Shown here piece after piece: positions 1 through 10,207 of a DNA stretch of 46,845 nt (positions within the stretch are counted from its first letter, which is position 1; the number at the start of each line of letters is the position of its first letter). The notes under the pieces are model-generated. The model was not told the DNA's origin. It searched no databases and was given only the letters and a program-made list of their open reading frames with translations. This DNA is from Macrostomum lignano. Its lineage: Eukaryota. The position numbers and the translations under genes are program-made. The DNA lies in assembly GCA_002269645.1 (NCBI GenBank), contig NIVC01004410.1, forward strand, positions 1 to 46,845, read 5' to 3'.

Positions 1-815
1 AATATGGTCATTGTTAGATTGCAGCAGAGATGGTTCAGTAGTTCCCTAATATGGTCATTGGTTTAGATTGCAGCAGAGATGGTTCAGTAGTTCCCTAATA
101 TGGTGATTGGTTAGATTGCAGCAGAGATGGTTCAGCAGTTCCCTAATATGGTCATTGGTTAGATTGCAGCAGAGATGGTTCAGCAGCTCCCTAATATGGT
201 CATTGGTTAGATTGCAGCAGAGATGGTTCAGCAGTTCCCTAATATGGTCATTGGTTAGATTGCAGCAGAGATGGTTCAGCAGCTCCCTAATATGGTGATT
301 GGTTAGATTGCAGCAGAGATGGTTCAGCAGTTCCCTAATATGGTGATTGGTTAGATTGCAGCAGAGATGGTTCAGCAGTTCCCTAATATGGTGATTGTTA
401 GATTGCAGCAGAGATGGTTCAGCAGTTCCCTAATATGGTGATTGGTTAGATTGCAGCAGAGATGGTTCAGCAGTTCCCTAATATGGTCATTGGTTAGATT
501 GCAGCAGAGATGGTTCAGCAGTCCCTAATATGGTGATTGGTTAGATTGCAGCAGAGATGGTTCAGCAGTTCCCTAATATGGTGATTGGTTAGATTGCAGC
601 AGAGATGGTTCAGCAGTTCCCTAATATGGTGATTGGTTAGATTGCAGCAGAGATGGTTCAGCAGTTCCCTAATATGGTATTGGTTAGATTGCAGCAGAGA
701 TGGTTCAGCAGTTCCTAATATGGTCATTGGTTAGATTGCAGCAGAGATGGTTCAGCAGTTCCCTAATATGGTGATTGGTTAGATTGCAGCAGAGATGGTT
801 CAGAGTTCCCTAATA
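1..815. repeat. 48-bp tandem minisatellite (AATATGGTCATTGGTTAGATTGCAGCAGAGATGGTTCAGCAGTTCCCT), ~17 copies, probably intronic in the RNF34-like gene
   Basis: Direct periodicity; ORFs 107..298 and 515..727 have a 16-aa period. Confidence 0.95.
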
Positions 816-897
816 CGGTTATGAAACAGTATGTATATGGTGTTTCAATCACGCATGCTTTAATCTGATCTGTTTAAACAATATATTTTTGGACAGC

Positions 898-1815
898 AAC
901 GACAACAAACTGCTTCTACGAGTACAAGTCAGCGTGAAAATCAACATCAACCAGAAGATTCCATGCTCAACCACCGGAAGCTGCTCAACTACCGGAAGCT
1001 GCTCAACCACCGGAAGCTACTCAACCACCGGAAGCTGCTCAACTACCGGAAGCTGCTCAACCACCGGAAGCTGCTCAACCACCGAAGCTGCTCAACTACC
1101 GGAAGCTGCTCAACTACCGGAAGCTGCTCAACTACCGGAAGCTGCTCAACTACCGGAAGCGATGGAACGGTCGACAGACACCCTGTCGCAGTCGTCCATC
1201 CCGAATGTACCGCCGCCACCGTATCCTGGTTTACCGCCAGAAGCCGCCGCCGCTGCTGCAGACGAGGATAACAATGCGGCAAATACTGACGATGAGGACA
1301 TCGAGATGGCTCAGGACGCGGCTGCGGAAGCGGCTGCAGCGGATCTGCTGGCCGCTATGGAGGCCGCTGAAGTGGCTGCCGCTATTGAAGAAGCGGAAGC
1401 GGCCTCCTCCTCAGCAGCAGCCGCCGCCCCTGCCGCCCCCGCAGCGTCGTCTCACTCGGAGGTGACCAGTCTGGATCAAGTTGCCAACGAATCGGATTTG
1501 GATAAGCTAAGCGTTCGCGAGATTAAACAACTGCTAGTGCGCAACTTTGTTGACTATCGCGGCTGTTTAGAACGTGCTGAACTGCTGGAACGACTGCGCA
1601 GGCTGTACAGAGAGCATGCCGTGTCTAAACAGGCTGTCCTGCATGACGAATTGGCCGACTCTGACCTGTGCAAGATCTGCATGGACGCGGCCATAGACTG
1701 TGTGCTGCTGGAGTGCGGCCACATGGTCACCTGTGTGCAGTGTGGCAAACAGTGCTCGGACTGTCCCGTGTGCCGGCAGTACGTTGTAAGGGTTGTGCGA
1801 ACTTTTAAGTCTTGA
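898..1815 (+). CDS. RNF34: 3' terminal exon of an RNF34/RFFL (CARP)-type RING E3 ubiquitin ligase; 5' exons (FYVE-like domain expected) lie outside the window
   Basis: C-terminal RING CKICMDAAIDCVLLECGHMVTCVQCGKQCSDCPVCRQYVVRVVRTFKS* and upstream LSVREIKQLLVRNFVDYRGCLERAELLERLRRLY both match RNF34/RFFL as recalled; candidate acceptor TTTTTGGACAG ends at 897; stop at 1813-1815. RNF34 versus RFFL is not resolvable. Confidence 0.85.
   Translation, partial: NDNKLLLRVQVSVKININQKIPCSTTGSCSTTGSCSTTGSYSTTGSCSTTGSCSTTGSCSTTEAAQLPEAAQLPEAAQLPEAAQLPEAMERSTDTLSQSSIPNVPPPPYPGLPPEAAAAAADEDNNAANTDDEDIEMAQDAAAEAAAADLLAAMEAAEVAAAIEEAEAASSSAAAAAPAAPAASSHSEVTSLDQVANESDLDKLSVREIKQLLVRNFVDYRGCLERAELLERLRRLYREHAVSKQAVLHDELADSDLCKICMDAAIDCVLLECGHMVTCVQCGKQCSDCPVCRQYVVRVVRTFKS
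965..1160 (+). repeat. 18-bp coding tandem repeat (GAAGCTGCTCAACYACCG; EAAQLP/EAAQPP) with a 1-bp deletion near 1084
   Basis: Unit ACCGGAAG reads ACCGAAG at 1081-1087; translation switches from STTGSC to EAAQLP. Confidence 0.9.
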
Positions 1816-2084
1816 ACAATTCTTTGTTTGTTTTTTTGGTTTATTTCCCATTATAAAAACTCTTTTCGAAATTTCTTATTCAGAGTAACTTCATATTTTG
1901 CGTACTGTAAAATTAAAATTAAACAGTATATTATTATTTTGTTGTTGTTGCTTTTATAACCTATGCCACAAATCATTTTAAGTCAACTATTGAGCGGCAT
2001 AAAGCATCGCTCAACTGTGCTGTACTACTGTTAGTAGCAACCGTAAGTGTCCGGTATCTAAGAAAAATTTCTTTTGCTATGGAA

Positions 2085-2355
2085 CAGCTTTGTATCCAGA
2101 GTAAACATCCGTTGGTATGCAACCACTTGGTATCCAGGGTAAACATCTGTTGCTATGCAACTACTTGGTATCCAGGATAAACATCCGTTGCCATGCAACT
2201 ACTTGGTATCCATGGTAAAAATCCGTTGCCATGCAACTACTTGGTATCCAGGTTAAACATCCGTTGCTATGCAACCACTTGGTATCCAGGGTAATTGGGT
2301 AAACATCCGTTGCTATGCAACCACTTGGTATCTAGGGTGAACAGCCGTTGCTGTG
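2085..2355. repeat. ~38-bp tandem repeat (GGTATCCAGGGTAAACATCCGTTGCTATGCAACCACTT), ~7 copies
   Basis: Direct periodicity downstream of the RNF34 stop. Confidence 0.85.
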
Positions 2356-3249
2356 CATTGTAGTGTAAAATAGTCCGCAATGTTGTTTTTTTGCAAATTT
2401 CTTAATATTTTTCCAAGGCAACTGGCCGTTTTCAAGTTTTTGGTTTTATTATTTTAACAGCGGTCTGAATATGTGACCCCATATTATTATTTAAATATTG
2501 CGACATTATTTTTTCGCTGTAAACCTTGCCTGTCCTTATAGTTGTGTTCCCTTTATTATTTAAGTTATAAATAAACTGTTTACTCGAAATAGCACTTCTG
2601 TAACCTTTGCCTATATTTACAAGCTAATAATGTCTTATTTTAATTTTGCAGTATTCAATTAATTGTAATGTTCAAATAGAGTTTCTGAGATTGGGATTCT
2701 GAGACTGGAGACGGGGATTCTTGGAGATGTAATTCTGAGATAGGAAAGCATAAAAATTTTTGGCCAAATATGGATGTACTTTTATGTCGTGCTCTCGTAG
2801 TTATATTTTTTGTGATCTTTCTCCAGTGTTTGGCCACGAAATTTAAGATGATTAAAATTGACTTCATTACTTTCTATTATCTGTTCAAACATGGTGTTGG
2901 GTTTTATTTTTGTCAACTTTTCTGTGAGAAAATTATAATTTGTCTCTTTAGTTTTGTCACAACCAATATTATATCTACACTGGTCGCAGTAGTAGCACTT
3001 TTGATAGAAAAAAGCTAAAAACGGTGCAACTTCTAAGCAGTCGCAGTAATCTCCCGTCTGTCTGTCCATTATTTAATAATTGCATGCATTAAAACAGATA
3101 GTAATAATTACAAGCCTAATTACCAAATACATTCAGTACATGCACGGTAATAGCATGCATCGGGCTTTTGTAAAATTTGTTTGTAACTTTTAATTCTCAG
3201 ACTACAAGTAAAAATTATTAGCGTGTTTGTTTTCTATTTTAATTAACTG

Positions 3250-3628
3250 TACTCTTCCTATCTCTGTCTGCACCACCCACCCCAATATACACACTCCCTA
3301 CCTCTGTCTGCACCACCCACCCCAATGTACACACTCCCTACTCCTGTCTGCACCACCCACCCCAATATACACACTCCCTACCTCTGTCTGCACCACCCAC
3401 CCCAATGTACACACTCCCTACCCCTGTCTGCACCACCCACCCCAATATACACACTCCCTTCCCCTGTCTGCGCCACCCACCCTAATGTACACACTCCCTA
3501 CCCCTTGTGTACACACTCCCTGCCCCTGTCTGCACCACCCACCCCAATGTACACACTCCCTGCCCCTGTCTGCACCACCCACCCCAATGTACACACTCCT
3601 GCCCCTGTCTGCACCACCCATTCCAATG
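3250..3628. repeat. ~40-bp tandem repeat (CCCTACCTCTGTCTGCACCACCCACCCCAATGTACACACT) just upstream of the RPP30 ATG
   Basis: Direct periodicity; source of spurious ORFs 3227..3655 and 3507..3752. Confidence 0.9.
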
Positions 3629-3684
3629 TACATCGTCATCGGCATTGTCACATAAAAACTCTATATACTACTTGTCACTTATTT

Positions 3685-5541
3685 ATGCCGCAGTCAAATC
3701 GTTATTACGACCTGAACCTGCTGGACAGGCAGGAGGCCATGGTGGCTCGTAGCCAAAATCTCGGCTATTCGCACCTGGCATTCGCTTCGGTGCACACCAA
3801 CATCAAAGTTCCACCGCCGCCGCCCTCACCTCTGCCAACAGCGGCTGGATCTTCTGGTTCCGGTAGGCTATGGCGAATGAGTATATCAGAGAGCATATCG
3901 AAGGTCCTAGTGGTGAAGCTTTAGTGCTGTTGAACTTTGTTTTAAAGGGTACGGATATTTTTTATAATGAAGATAAAATTGAAGTTAAGTTCAGTGAGTC
4001 AAAGTTCCTGAGGTGTGAAGTTAGGTGACTCAAACTTCCTGAGGTGTGAAGTTAGGTGACTCAAAGTTCCTGAGATGTGAAGTTCAGTGACTCAAAGTTC
4101 CTCAGGTGTGGAGTTCAGGGACTCAAATTTCCTCAGGTGTGGAGTTCAGGGACTCAAATTTCCTCAGGTGTGAAGTTCAGGGACTCAAAGTTCCTCAGGT
4201 GTGGAGTTCAGGGACTCAAAGTTCCTCAGGTGTGGAGTTCAGGGACTCAAAGTTCCTGAGGTGTAAAGTTTAGTGACTCAAATTTCCTGAGGTGTGAAGT
4301 TCAGTGACTCAAAGTTTCTGAGGTGTGAAGTTCAGTGACTCAAATTTGCAAGAATGCGCAGTGACAGATATTTAAACTTCAAAGCATATTTTCTCCATCA
4401 ACCACTCCGACTCCAGGCTCTGTGTGGTCCCGCACGGGAAGTCGCGTATGCCGTCTCACCCTAGCTTTCGGGCCGGAAGTTCAAGAAACCGAGCTGAAGT
4501 CCTATTTCCGTCAGCACGCCAAAGAACTGGAGGCCTACGATCTGTTAGCCGTGCTGCCTAAGAGCCAATCGGCTCTGCACGCCTGCGCAGAGACTCTGCC
4601 TGTGGATCTCATCGCTTGCGATCTGGGCTCGCCTAAGTTGGAGACATTCTGGTCAGATTTTCGCGACATTCGAACAGCAGTTAGGCGAGGTATTAAGATT
4701 GAGGTTAGTTGCGACGCCGGATCATCCGGACACTTGAGAGTGTGGAGTTGCTATAGGCAGGCTGACAGGCCGACTTAAGCTACTGACAGATAGATATTTA
4801 GGTATCTAGAGACACAGACACTAACTCAGACAGACAGACAAATAGACAGATAGGTATACAAACAAACACTAAGACAGACATGGAGACATGGACAGGTGGC
4901 AGACAGACAGAGACATACAGACAGGCAGGCAGACAGACAGACAGACATACAGACAGACAGACAGACACTAAGACAGACAGACAGACAGACAGACAGACAG
5001 CCAAGGCCACCAATCAGAGCCTGTGCCACCCGCCCATCCCCCGCAGGTGTCCCTGCAGCCCATGCTGCACTCGCAGCAGAGCCGCATCCTGGCGGCCACC
5101 CTGCTGTTCGAGCTGCTGACCTCGGCCAGGCTGTCCCCAGACGGGCTGGTGCTCAGCTCGGGCGCTCTCAACCAGTGGGATCTGCGCGACCCGTTCGGTG
5201 TCTGCGCCCTGGCCGCGTCGCTAGGCGTGCCGCCAGACAAGACCAGAGCCTGCCTGTCAGCCAATTGTGAGTCAGCAGTTGAGCACGCGCTAGTCAGACG
5301 TAAGACTGCTCACGGCGCCCTGGCTATTGCTCAGATTGCTAAGCTGCCGGGCGTGAGCAGCGTGCAGCTGGCAGATTCGGATTCTAAGAGATCGTCGGGT
5401 AGGAAGCGACCAGCCGCCGAGGAAGCTCAAGTAGATGACGGCATGACCGACTTGACGGAGCAGCAGGACCGCCTTATCGACCTGCTGTTGCCGGCAAGAC
5501 CAAAGAAGAAAAAGAAAAGCGGAGCTGTTGTTCGAATATAG
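3685..5541 (+). CDS. RPP30: RNase P/MRP subunit p30; exons 3685-3862, 4417-4703, 5047-5541 (319 aa)
   Basis: Motifs YYDLNL, LGYSHLA, YDLLAVLPKS, VDLI, AVRRGIKIEVS, LVLSSGA..WDLRDP, LSANCESAVEHA..RKTAHG align with RPP30; GT-AG introns with compatible phases (1,0); total 960 nt. Confidence 0.9.
3985..4345. repeat. 31-bp tandem repeat in RPP30 intron 1
   Basis: Unit GTGTGAAGTTCAGTGACTCAAAGTTCCTGAG repeated ~11 times. Confidence 0.9.
4790..5000. repeat. (GACA)n microsatellite in RPP30 intron 2
   Basis: Direct inspection. Confidence 0.9.
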
Positions 5542-5804
5542 GGAATGCCGTGCTACTAAAAGTAGGCAAAGTTTAAATTTTGGTGGGATTTGTTCCTGTG
5601 CCAAAACAACAAGTTGTAAAATTGTAACTTTAACAACTTAATAATGATTTGCTTGTATTTTTGAAGTATAACCGTTGCTAATTTAGTCTGAACTATGCAT
5701 TTGTTCCTTTGCGGCCTGTTATTGACTGTGATGAGTCAGTCTTGTTACTTATTTTATTTCACTTTTTCCGTTTAGCATTGCTTAAGCTAGGGGAGGTCTT
5801 TCCT

Positions 5805-6237
5805 AACCCCTCAGATCATTCAGTGCCTGCTGCCCCTCCCCTCAGATCATTCAGTGCCTGCTGCCCCTCCCCTCAGATCCTTCAGTGCCTGCTGCCCCTC
5901 CCCTCAGATCCTTCAGTGGCTGCTGCCCCTCCCCTCAGATCCTTCAGTGGCTGTTGCCCCTCCCCTCAGATCCTTCAGTGCCTGCTGCCCCTCCCCTCAG
6001 ATCCTTCAGTGGCTGCTGCCCCTCCCCTCAGATCCTTCAGTGCCTGCTGCCCCTCCCCTCAGATCCTTCAGTGGCTGCTGCCCCTCCCCTCAGATCCTTC
6101 AGTGGCTGCTGCCCCTCCCCTCAGATCTTTCAGTGGCTGCTGCCCCTCCCTTCAGATTCTTCAGTGCCTGCTGCCCCTCCCCTCAGATCCTTCAGTGCCT
6201 GCTGCCCCTCCCCTCAGATCCTTCAGTGGCTGCTGCC
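5805..6237. repeat. 31-bp minisatellite (CCTCAGATCCTTCAGTGGCTGCTGCCCCTCC); array interrupted by the Polinton and resumes at 9046-9080
   Basis: Direct periodicity; remnant unit GCTGCCCCTCCCCTCAGACCCTTCAGTGG follows the element. Confidence 0.92.
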
Positions 6238-6442
6238 AGTAGTAATATAAAATTACGTCCATACCCATTTTTTTCAATTGCAAAACACGTAATAAGGTAA
6301 CCCGTCAGAAATTTTATTCCGCACATACCTTTATTTTCCTATAAAATCAAGTAGTAAGATACCGAACCAAATGGTAGGGTATACAACAGGAATTCTAACT
6401 ACACTGCACCGCACCCACAAATAATTCAAAAGAAGAAAAGAT

Positions 6443-7060
6443 CTAAATTTCGATCAACCAACCAACTTGTCCAAAAACGCACTTTCCGTATATTTCTGCA
6501 TTACAAGAACAGAGGCAACTAATGTGCTGTAAAGCGTCGTAGGCAAAAATACACGCGCCGAAATTCATTTCTTCGACGAGGCTCACAACCGTTAAAAAGA
6601 AGCGAAGGCTACCACCACGAGTCAGTTTGAAATACAAACAAAACAACACCCAAATACCACAATGTCCAGACCGAGGATCCTGAATAGCAAATCGGCTGTA
6701 GGACCAATTTTGAAAATCCCCACATTCTCGCCCCAACCACCGTCTAATATTTTCCGGCGGATTTAAACCAAGCGAATCAAAATATTCCCCGACCCTTCGT
6801 CCACGGCCCCCCCCCCTAACCCGCCTGCTACTCACCCAAACTGCAACCCAATGCCTACCAGGAAGATTCGAAGTGTCTGTATTCGCCACAAAGAAATAGT
6901 CTTTACCATCTAAAGGTAATTGTCCAAGAGTTCTAATCGAGTCCTGAGGATACACACCCAAAAAGACAACACCAAACAATCTCATACATAGAATTGTAAT
7001 AATTGACCGCAAGAATCTGTCACTGGCACTCTGCAACATGTTCAGATTCACTTCCTCCAT
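6443..7060 (-). CDS. Polinton/adenovirus-type (clan CE) cysteine protease, 205 aa
   Basis: FLGVYPQD, VANTD..PGRHWVAV (His), EYFDSLG (Asp), IQDPRSGHCG (Gln, Cys) in the expected order and spacing. Confidence 0.85.
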   Translation of the reverse strand: MEEVNLNMLQSASDRFLRSIITILCMRLFGVVFLGVYPQDSIRTLGQLPLDGKDYFFVANTDTSNLPGRHWVAVWVSSRRVRGGGRGRRVGEYFDSLGLNPPENIRRWLGRECGDFQNWSYSRFAIQDPRSGHCGIWVLFCLYFKLTRGGSLRFFLTVVSLVEEMNFGACIFAYDALQHISCLCSCNAEIYGKCVFGQVGWLIEI

Positions 7061-7200
7061 GCTGTGCCCGGCACGACGTCGCGAAGCTCCGTGATCTGCA
7101 GCTGCTTGTCAAATAGACCACCGAATATTACATTGTAGACAACGCGCTTGTTGCTTGAGCGAAGCGCAACTCCAACTTTACATTTCCTTCCTTATAGAGC
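7048..7200 (-). pseudogene. C-terminal remnant of Polinton major capsid protein (PY), frameshifted near 7150
   Basis: LYKEGNVKLELRFAQAT then, in a shifted frame, VVYNVIFGGLFDKQLQITELRDVV; resembles the G.LRLELKFA...IVYAEFEN.IEID..RNV C-terminus of Polinton MCP; stop overlaps the protease start. Confidence 0.55.
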
Positions 7201-7493
7201 TGAGCACCATGCACGTTACGTCTACGCAAAAAAGCGAGAAAAGATTCAAAGCCACCTACCATGTCTTTTTAGCGGTCTGTCTCGGACAACATACTCCGCC
7301 TCCGCAGAACTACCCTCTTCGAAAAGAGTTTTTACAAGAGCGTCGTATCTCCTTTTGAATGCCTTCAGAAGCCGATTTTTGGTGCTTCCTCAACACCAAC
7401 CTCTCGAACAGGACCGCTACTTGGCCCATTTTGCAGTATTCGCCGAGAATTTTCTAGTCTTGTCTTTACACTAGCATTGCATTCACTACGAAT

Positions 7494-7721
7494 ATGGACA
7501 AATCCGCCCGAAAGAAAGAACTAGCTGAGCGATATGTGAGAGACGGTAAGCAATTATTGGGCTTTTTGTTTATTAAGAAGCTGATCGGGTACTAATGGGC
7601 TGCGTCTTCTCTCTTTGCAGCGTTCAAGAACGAGGTCTTTGCGCGGCCGCCTCCGGGTTATATGTACCCCGAGAATGTCACGGTTGCGAGGGCGAATATG
7701 CCTTGGCAGTGCAAGCCCTAG
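7494..7721 (+). CDS. Candidate small two-exon ORF inside the Polinton (7494-7545, 7621-7721; 50 aa, MDKSARKKELAERYVRDAFKNEVFARPPPGYMYPENVTVARANMPWQCKP), function unknown
   Basis: Donor GTAAGC, branch-like TACTAAT at ~7591, polypyrimidine tract plus TTTGCAG acceptor, phase-compatible. Confidence 0.35.
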
Positions 7722-8114
7722 GTACTGGGTGGTACCGCTTTTTCTTCCGGGAGATGAAGTCTGGAAAACTGACGACTATGGACTATTGGGACTTGACTGC
7801 GGACGCCTGACTGCGCAATGGAACGATACTGATATGTAGTTGTTCGTATATAATTTGGTAATATTAATGTCTACTTAGTATTGTAATAATCCACTATTCA
7901 TTAGGGAATTTTAAAGTTATTTAAAAGACTGTCATATCGCGATTTTGCGTTCGTTTGCCTTAGTTTACCATAAAGAATTTAACGTCATGATACTAAAACT
8001 GTATCCGATCTGTTCAAATATATAGAATAAGACAAGTCAAGTCGATTCGACCCTAAGACTGTTTCTCACTACGAAGGTTCAATTTATTATTGTGCATGGC
8101 CGTCAGTACCGAGC

Positions 8115-8360
8115 TCAGAAGGATCTCGTCACAGCAACACTTACAATTACCCGGTTTTTTCGGATGTGATTGGTTTGTCGATCAGTGACTGAGAATTGAA
8201 AACTGATTATGTCTTTTGGCGTGTTATACTTTAGTCCGTTAAATTCAAGTATACTTAGTTTTTTGAGCAAGTGATAGTACAACGAACAGGAACGGTGGCG
8301 AAGAACTGCAGAAATGAACAGGTTGGACAACGAAAAAATGATATTGAAGCATTCAATCAA
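8115..8360 (-). pseudogene. Possible C-terminal fragment of Polinton minor capsid (PX/penton)
   Basis: LYYHLLKK...PKDIISFQFSVTDRQTNHIRKNRVIVSVAVTR loosely fits the penton C-terminal pattern; weak. Confidence 0.25.
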
Positions 8361-9173
8361 GACAGTTTAGTGGCTTACGAATGTTAGAAATTCAAAATAT
8401 GAATGTATACCCGAGCCGAATAACTGTTAAGATATTTGGGGGCCTACTACTGTCTTAAACTAGCAACTTTTTGTCCCATCTTTGAAGTATGTATATATTT
8501 GGCTGGTAAATTTCAAATACGTTTAAAAATAAAAAATAGGAGTTTGTATCGTTCGTAATTCTCAATGGTCTTTTCTTGAAAATTTAAAAATTGGGGTCTT
8601 GAATGACTCCTGGTACGAAAGGCAGTATGGGGAGAAAGTATAAGGCGCAGCAGGCGGCTTATTTACTGCCTGTAGCCTATTCTGAGCTGGGTTTTGCTTG
8701 CAGGGGGATTGTGGCACAATTTGACTTCTGCAATTTATTAAGCTCTTTTCTTTTGTTCTTTGTGGGTGCGTGTTTCCCCTATTCTTGTAATGCAGAAATA
8801 GCTATGTCGTTTTTCAGCAACTTGGTTGATCGGTGTCGGGGTCTTTTCTTTCTCGTTCTTTGTGGCTGCACTGCAGTTTAGTTGGAATTCCTGTAGAATA
8901 CCCTACCATTTGGTTCGGTACCTTATTTGATTTTTAATACAAAAATAAGGTATGTGCGTAATAAAATTTCTGACGGGTACCTTATTACGTGTTTTGCAAT
9001 TGAAAAATGGGGTATGGACGTAATTTTCTATTACTACGAGCTACTGCTGCCCCTCCCCTCAGACCCTTCAGTGGCCGCTATTCTCCTTACTTAATTAATA
9101 TTTCTACAGTGATAAAAGCCAAATAAATGTGAGCATATCTCGCCATCTCACTGCAGCGCTCAGACCAGGCATC

Positions 9174-10207
9174 ATGAACCCATTAACCCAAGTCCGCAAT
9201 CAGCGCCTGATGACTGAGAAGGAGCTCCAACTGGGCACGGCGAACACCCAAAGCTCCTGGCACTCGATGTTCAAAGACTCCGCTTGGATCTACATTGGCG
9301 GCTTGGACTATGAACTCACCGAAGGCGACGTAATCTGCGTGTTCTCCCAATACGGCGAAGTGGTCAACGTCAACCTGGTGCGGGACCAGTCCACTGGCAA
9401 GAGCAAAGGCTTCGCTTTCCTGTGCTACGAAGATCAGCGATCAACCGTGCTGGCATGCGACAACCTCAACGGAGCCCGAGTTGTGGGTCGCACTCTGCGG
9501 GTTAATCACGTGGAAAGCTACAAGGTGAAGGAGCTGATTAAACCGGACGATGATCCGGTGAAGCAGCGGCTTAAGGAGCGCGGCTGCGCGCCTGAAGTTG
9601 GACATGACGGCGATTTGAGTCCGCCTCGCCGTCGGCGCTCGCCGCCCGCCGCTCCTGGAGGCTCAGCCGCTCCTGTGCGAGTGAAGCGCGAAAAAATCGA
9701 TCCAAATTATCCGGATTACCAACCGTCTGATCGTAGCCGTAGCCGTAACGGACATCCGGGTAGCCGCGACGGACATTCGGGTAGCCGCGACGGACATCGG
9801 GTAGCCGCGACGGACATCCGGGTAGCCGCGACGGACATCCGGGTAGCCGCGACGGACATCCGGGTAGCCGCGACGGACATCCGGGTAGCCGCGACGGACA
9901 TCCGGGTAGCAAGGATCGACAAGTCGCTAGCACGAATCGTAGAAAGAATTATAGTCATAGCCGTAGCCGTAGCCGCGATGGACATCCGGGTAGCAAGGAT
10001 CGACAAGTCGCTAGCACGAATCGTAGAAAGAATTATAGTCATAGCCGTAGCCGAAGCCGTAGCCGTAGCCGCGACGGACATCCGGGCAGCAAGGATCGAC
10101 AAGTTCCTAATCCAAATCGTCGAAGAAATCGTAGCCGTAGCCGTAGCCCACCGTCCAGAAGTGACGCTGCCAGATATCGAAGGTCTACTACAAGTAGTAG
10201 AAAATAA
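9174..10207 (+). CDS. RBMX2: RBMX2/Snu17 (RES complex RRM protein) with RS-rich tail; single exon; apparent 1-bp deletion at ~9798 (as sequenced the ORF ends at 10232)
   Basis: MNPLTQV..SWHSMFKDSAWIYIGGLDYELTEGDVICVFSQYGEVVNVNLVRD..GKSKGFAFLCYEDQRST is the RBMX2 RRM; restoring CATCCG in the 21-bp GHPGSRD repeat gives an RS tail ending TAA at 10205-10207. Confidence 0.92.

Larger units (their letters stand above)
6238..9045. mobile_element. Internally deleted, non-autonomous Polinton/Maverick (adintovirus-like) element, 2808 bp
   Basis: Termini 5'-AGTAG...CTACT-3'; 6-bp TSD GCTGCC (6232-6237 and 9046-9051); imperfect TIRs ~6238-6420 vs ~8860-9045, degenerate to ~6510/8770; carries adenain-like protease and a capsid fragment; no pPolB, integrase or ATPase seen. 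Confidence 0.85.

Noticed and set aside
5709-6300. Pro/Ser-rich ORFs here and similar ORFs at 3227-3655, 24335-24858, 33880-34457, 36489-36953 and 38657-40026
   Set aside because: All are translations of tandem repeats
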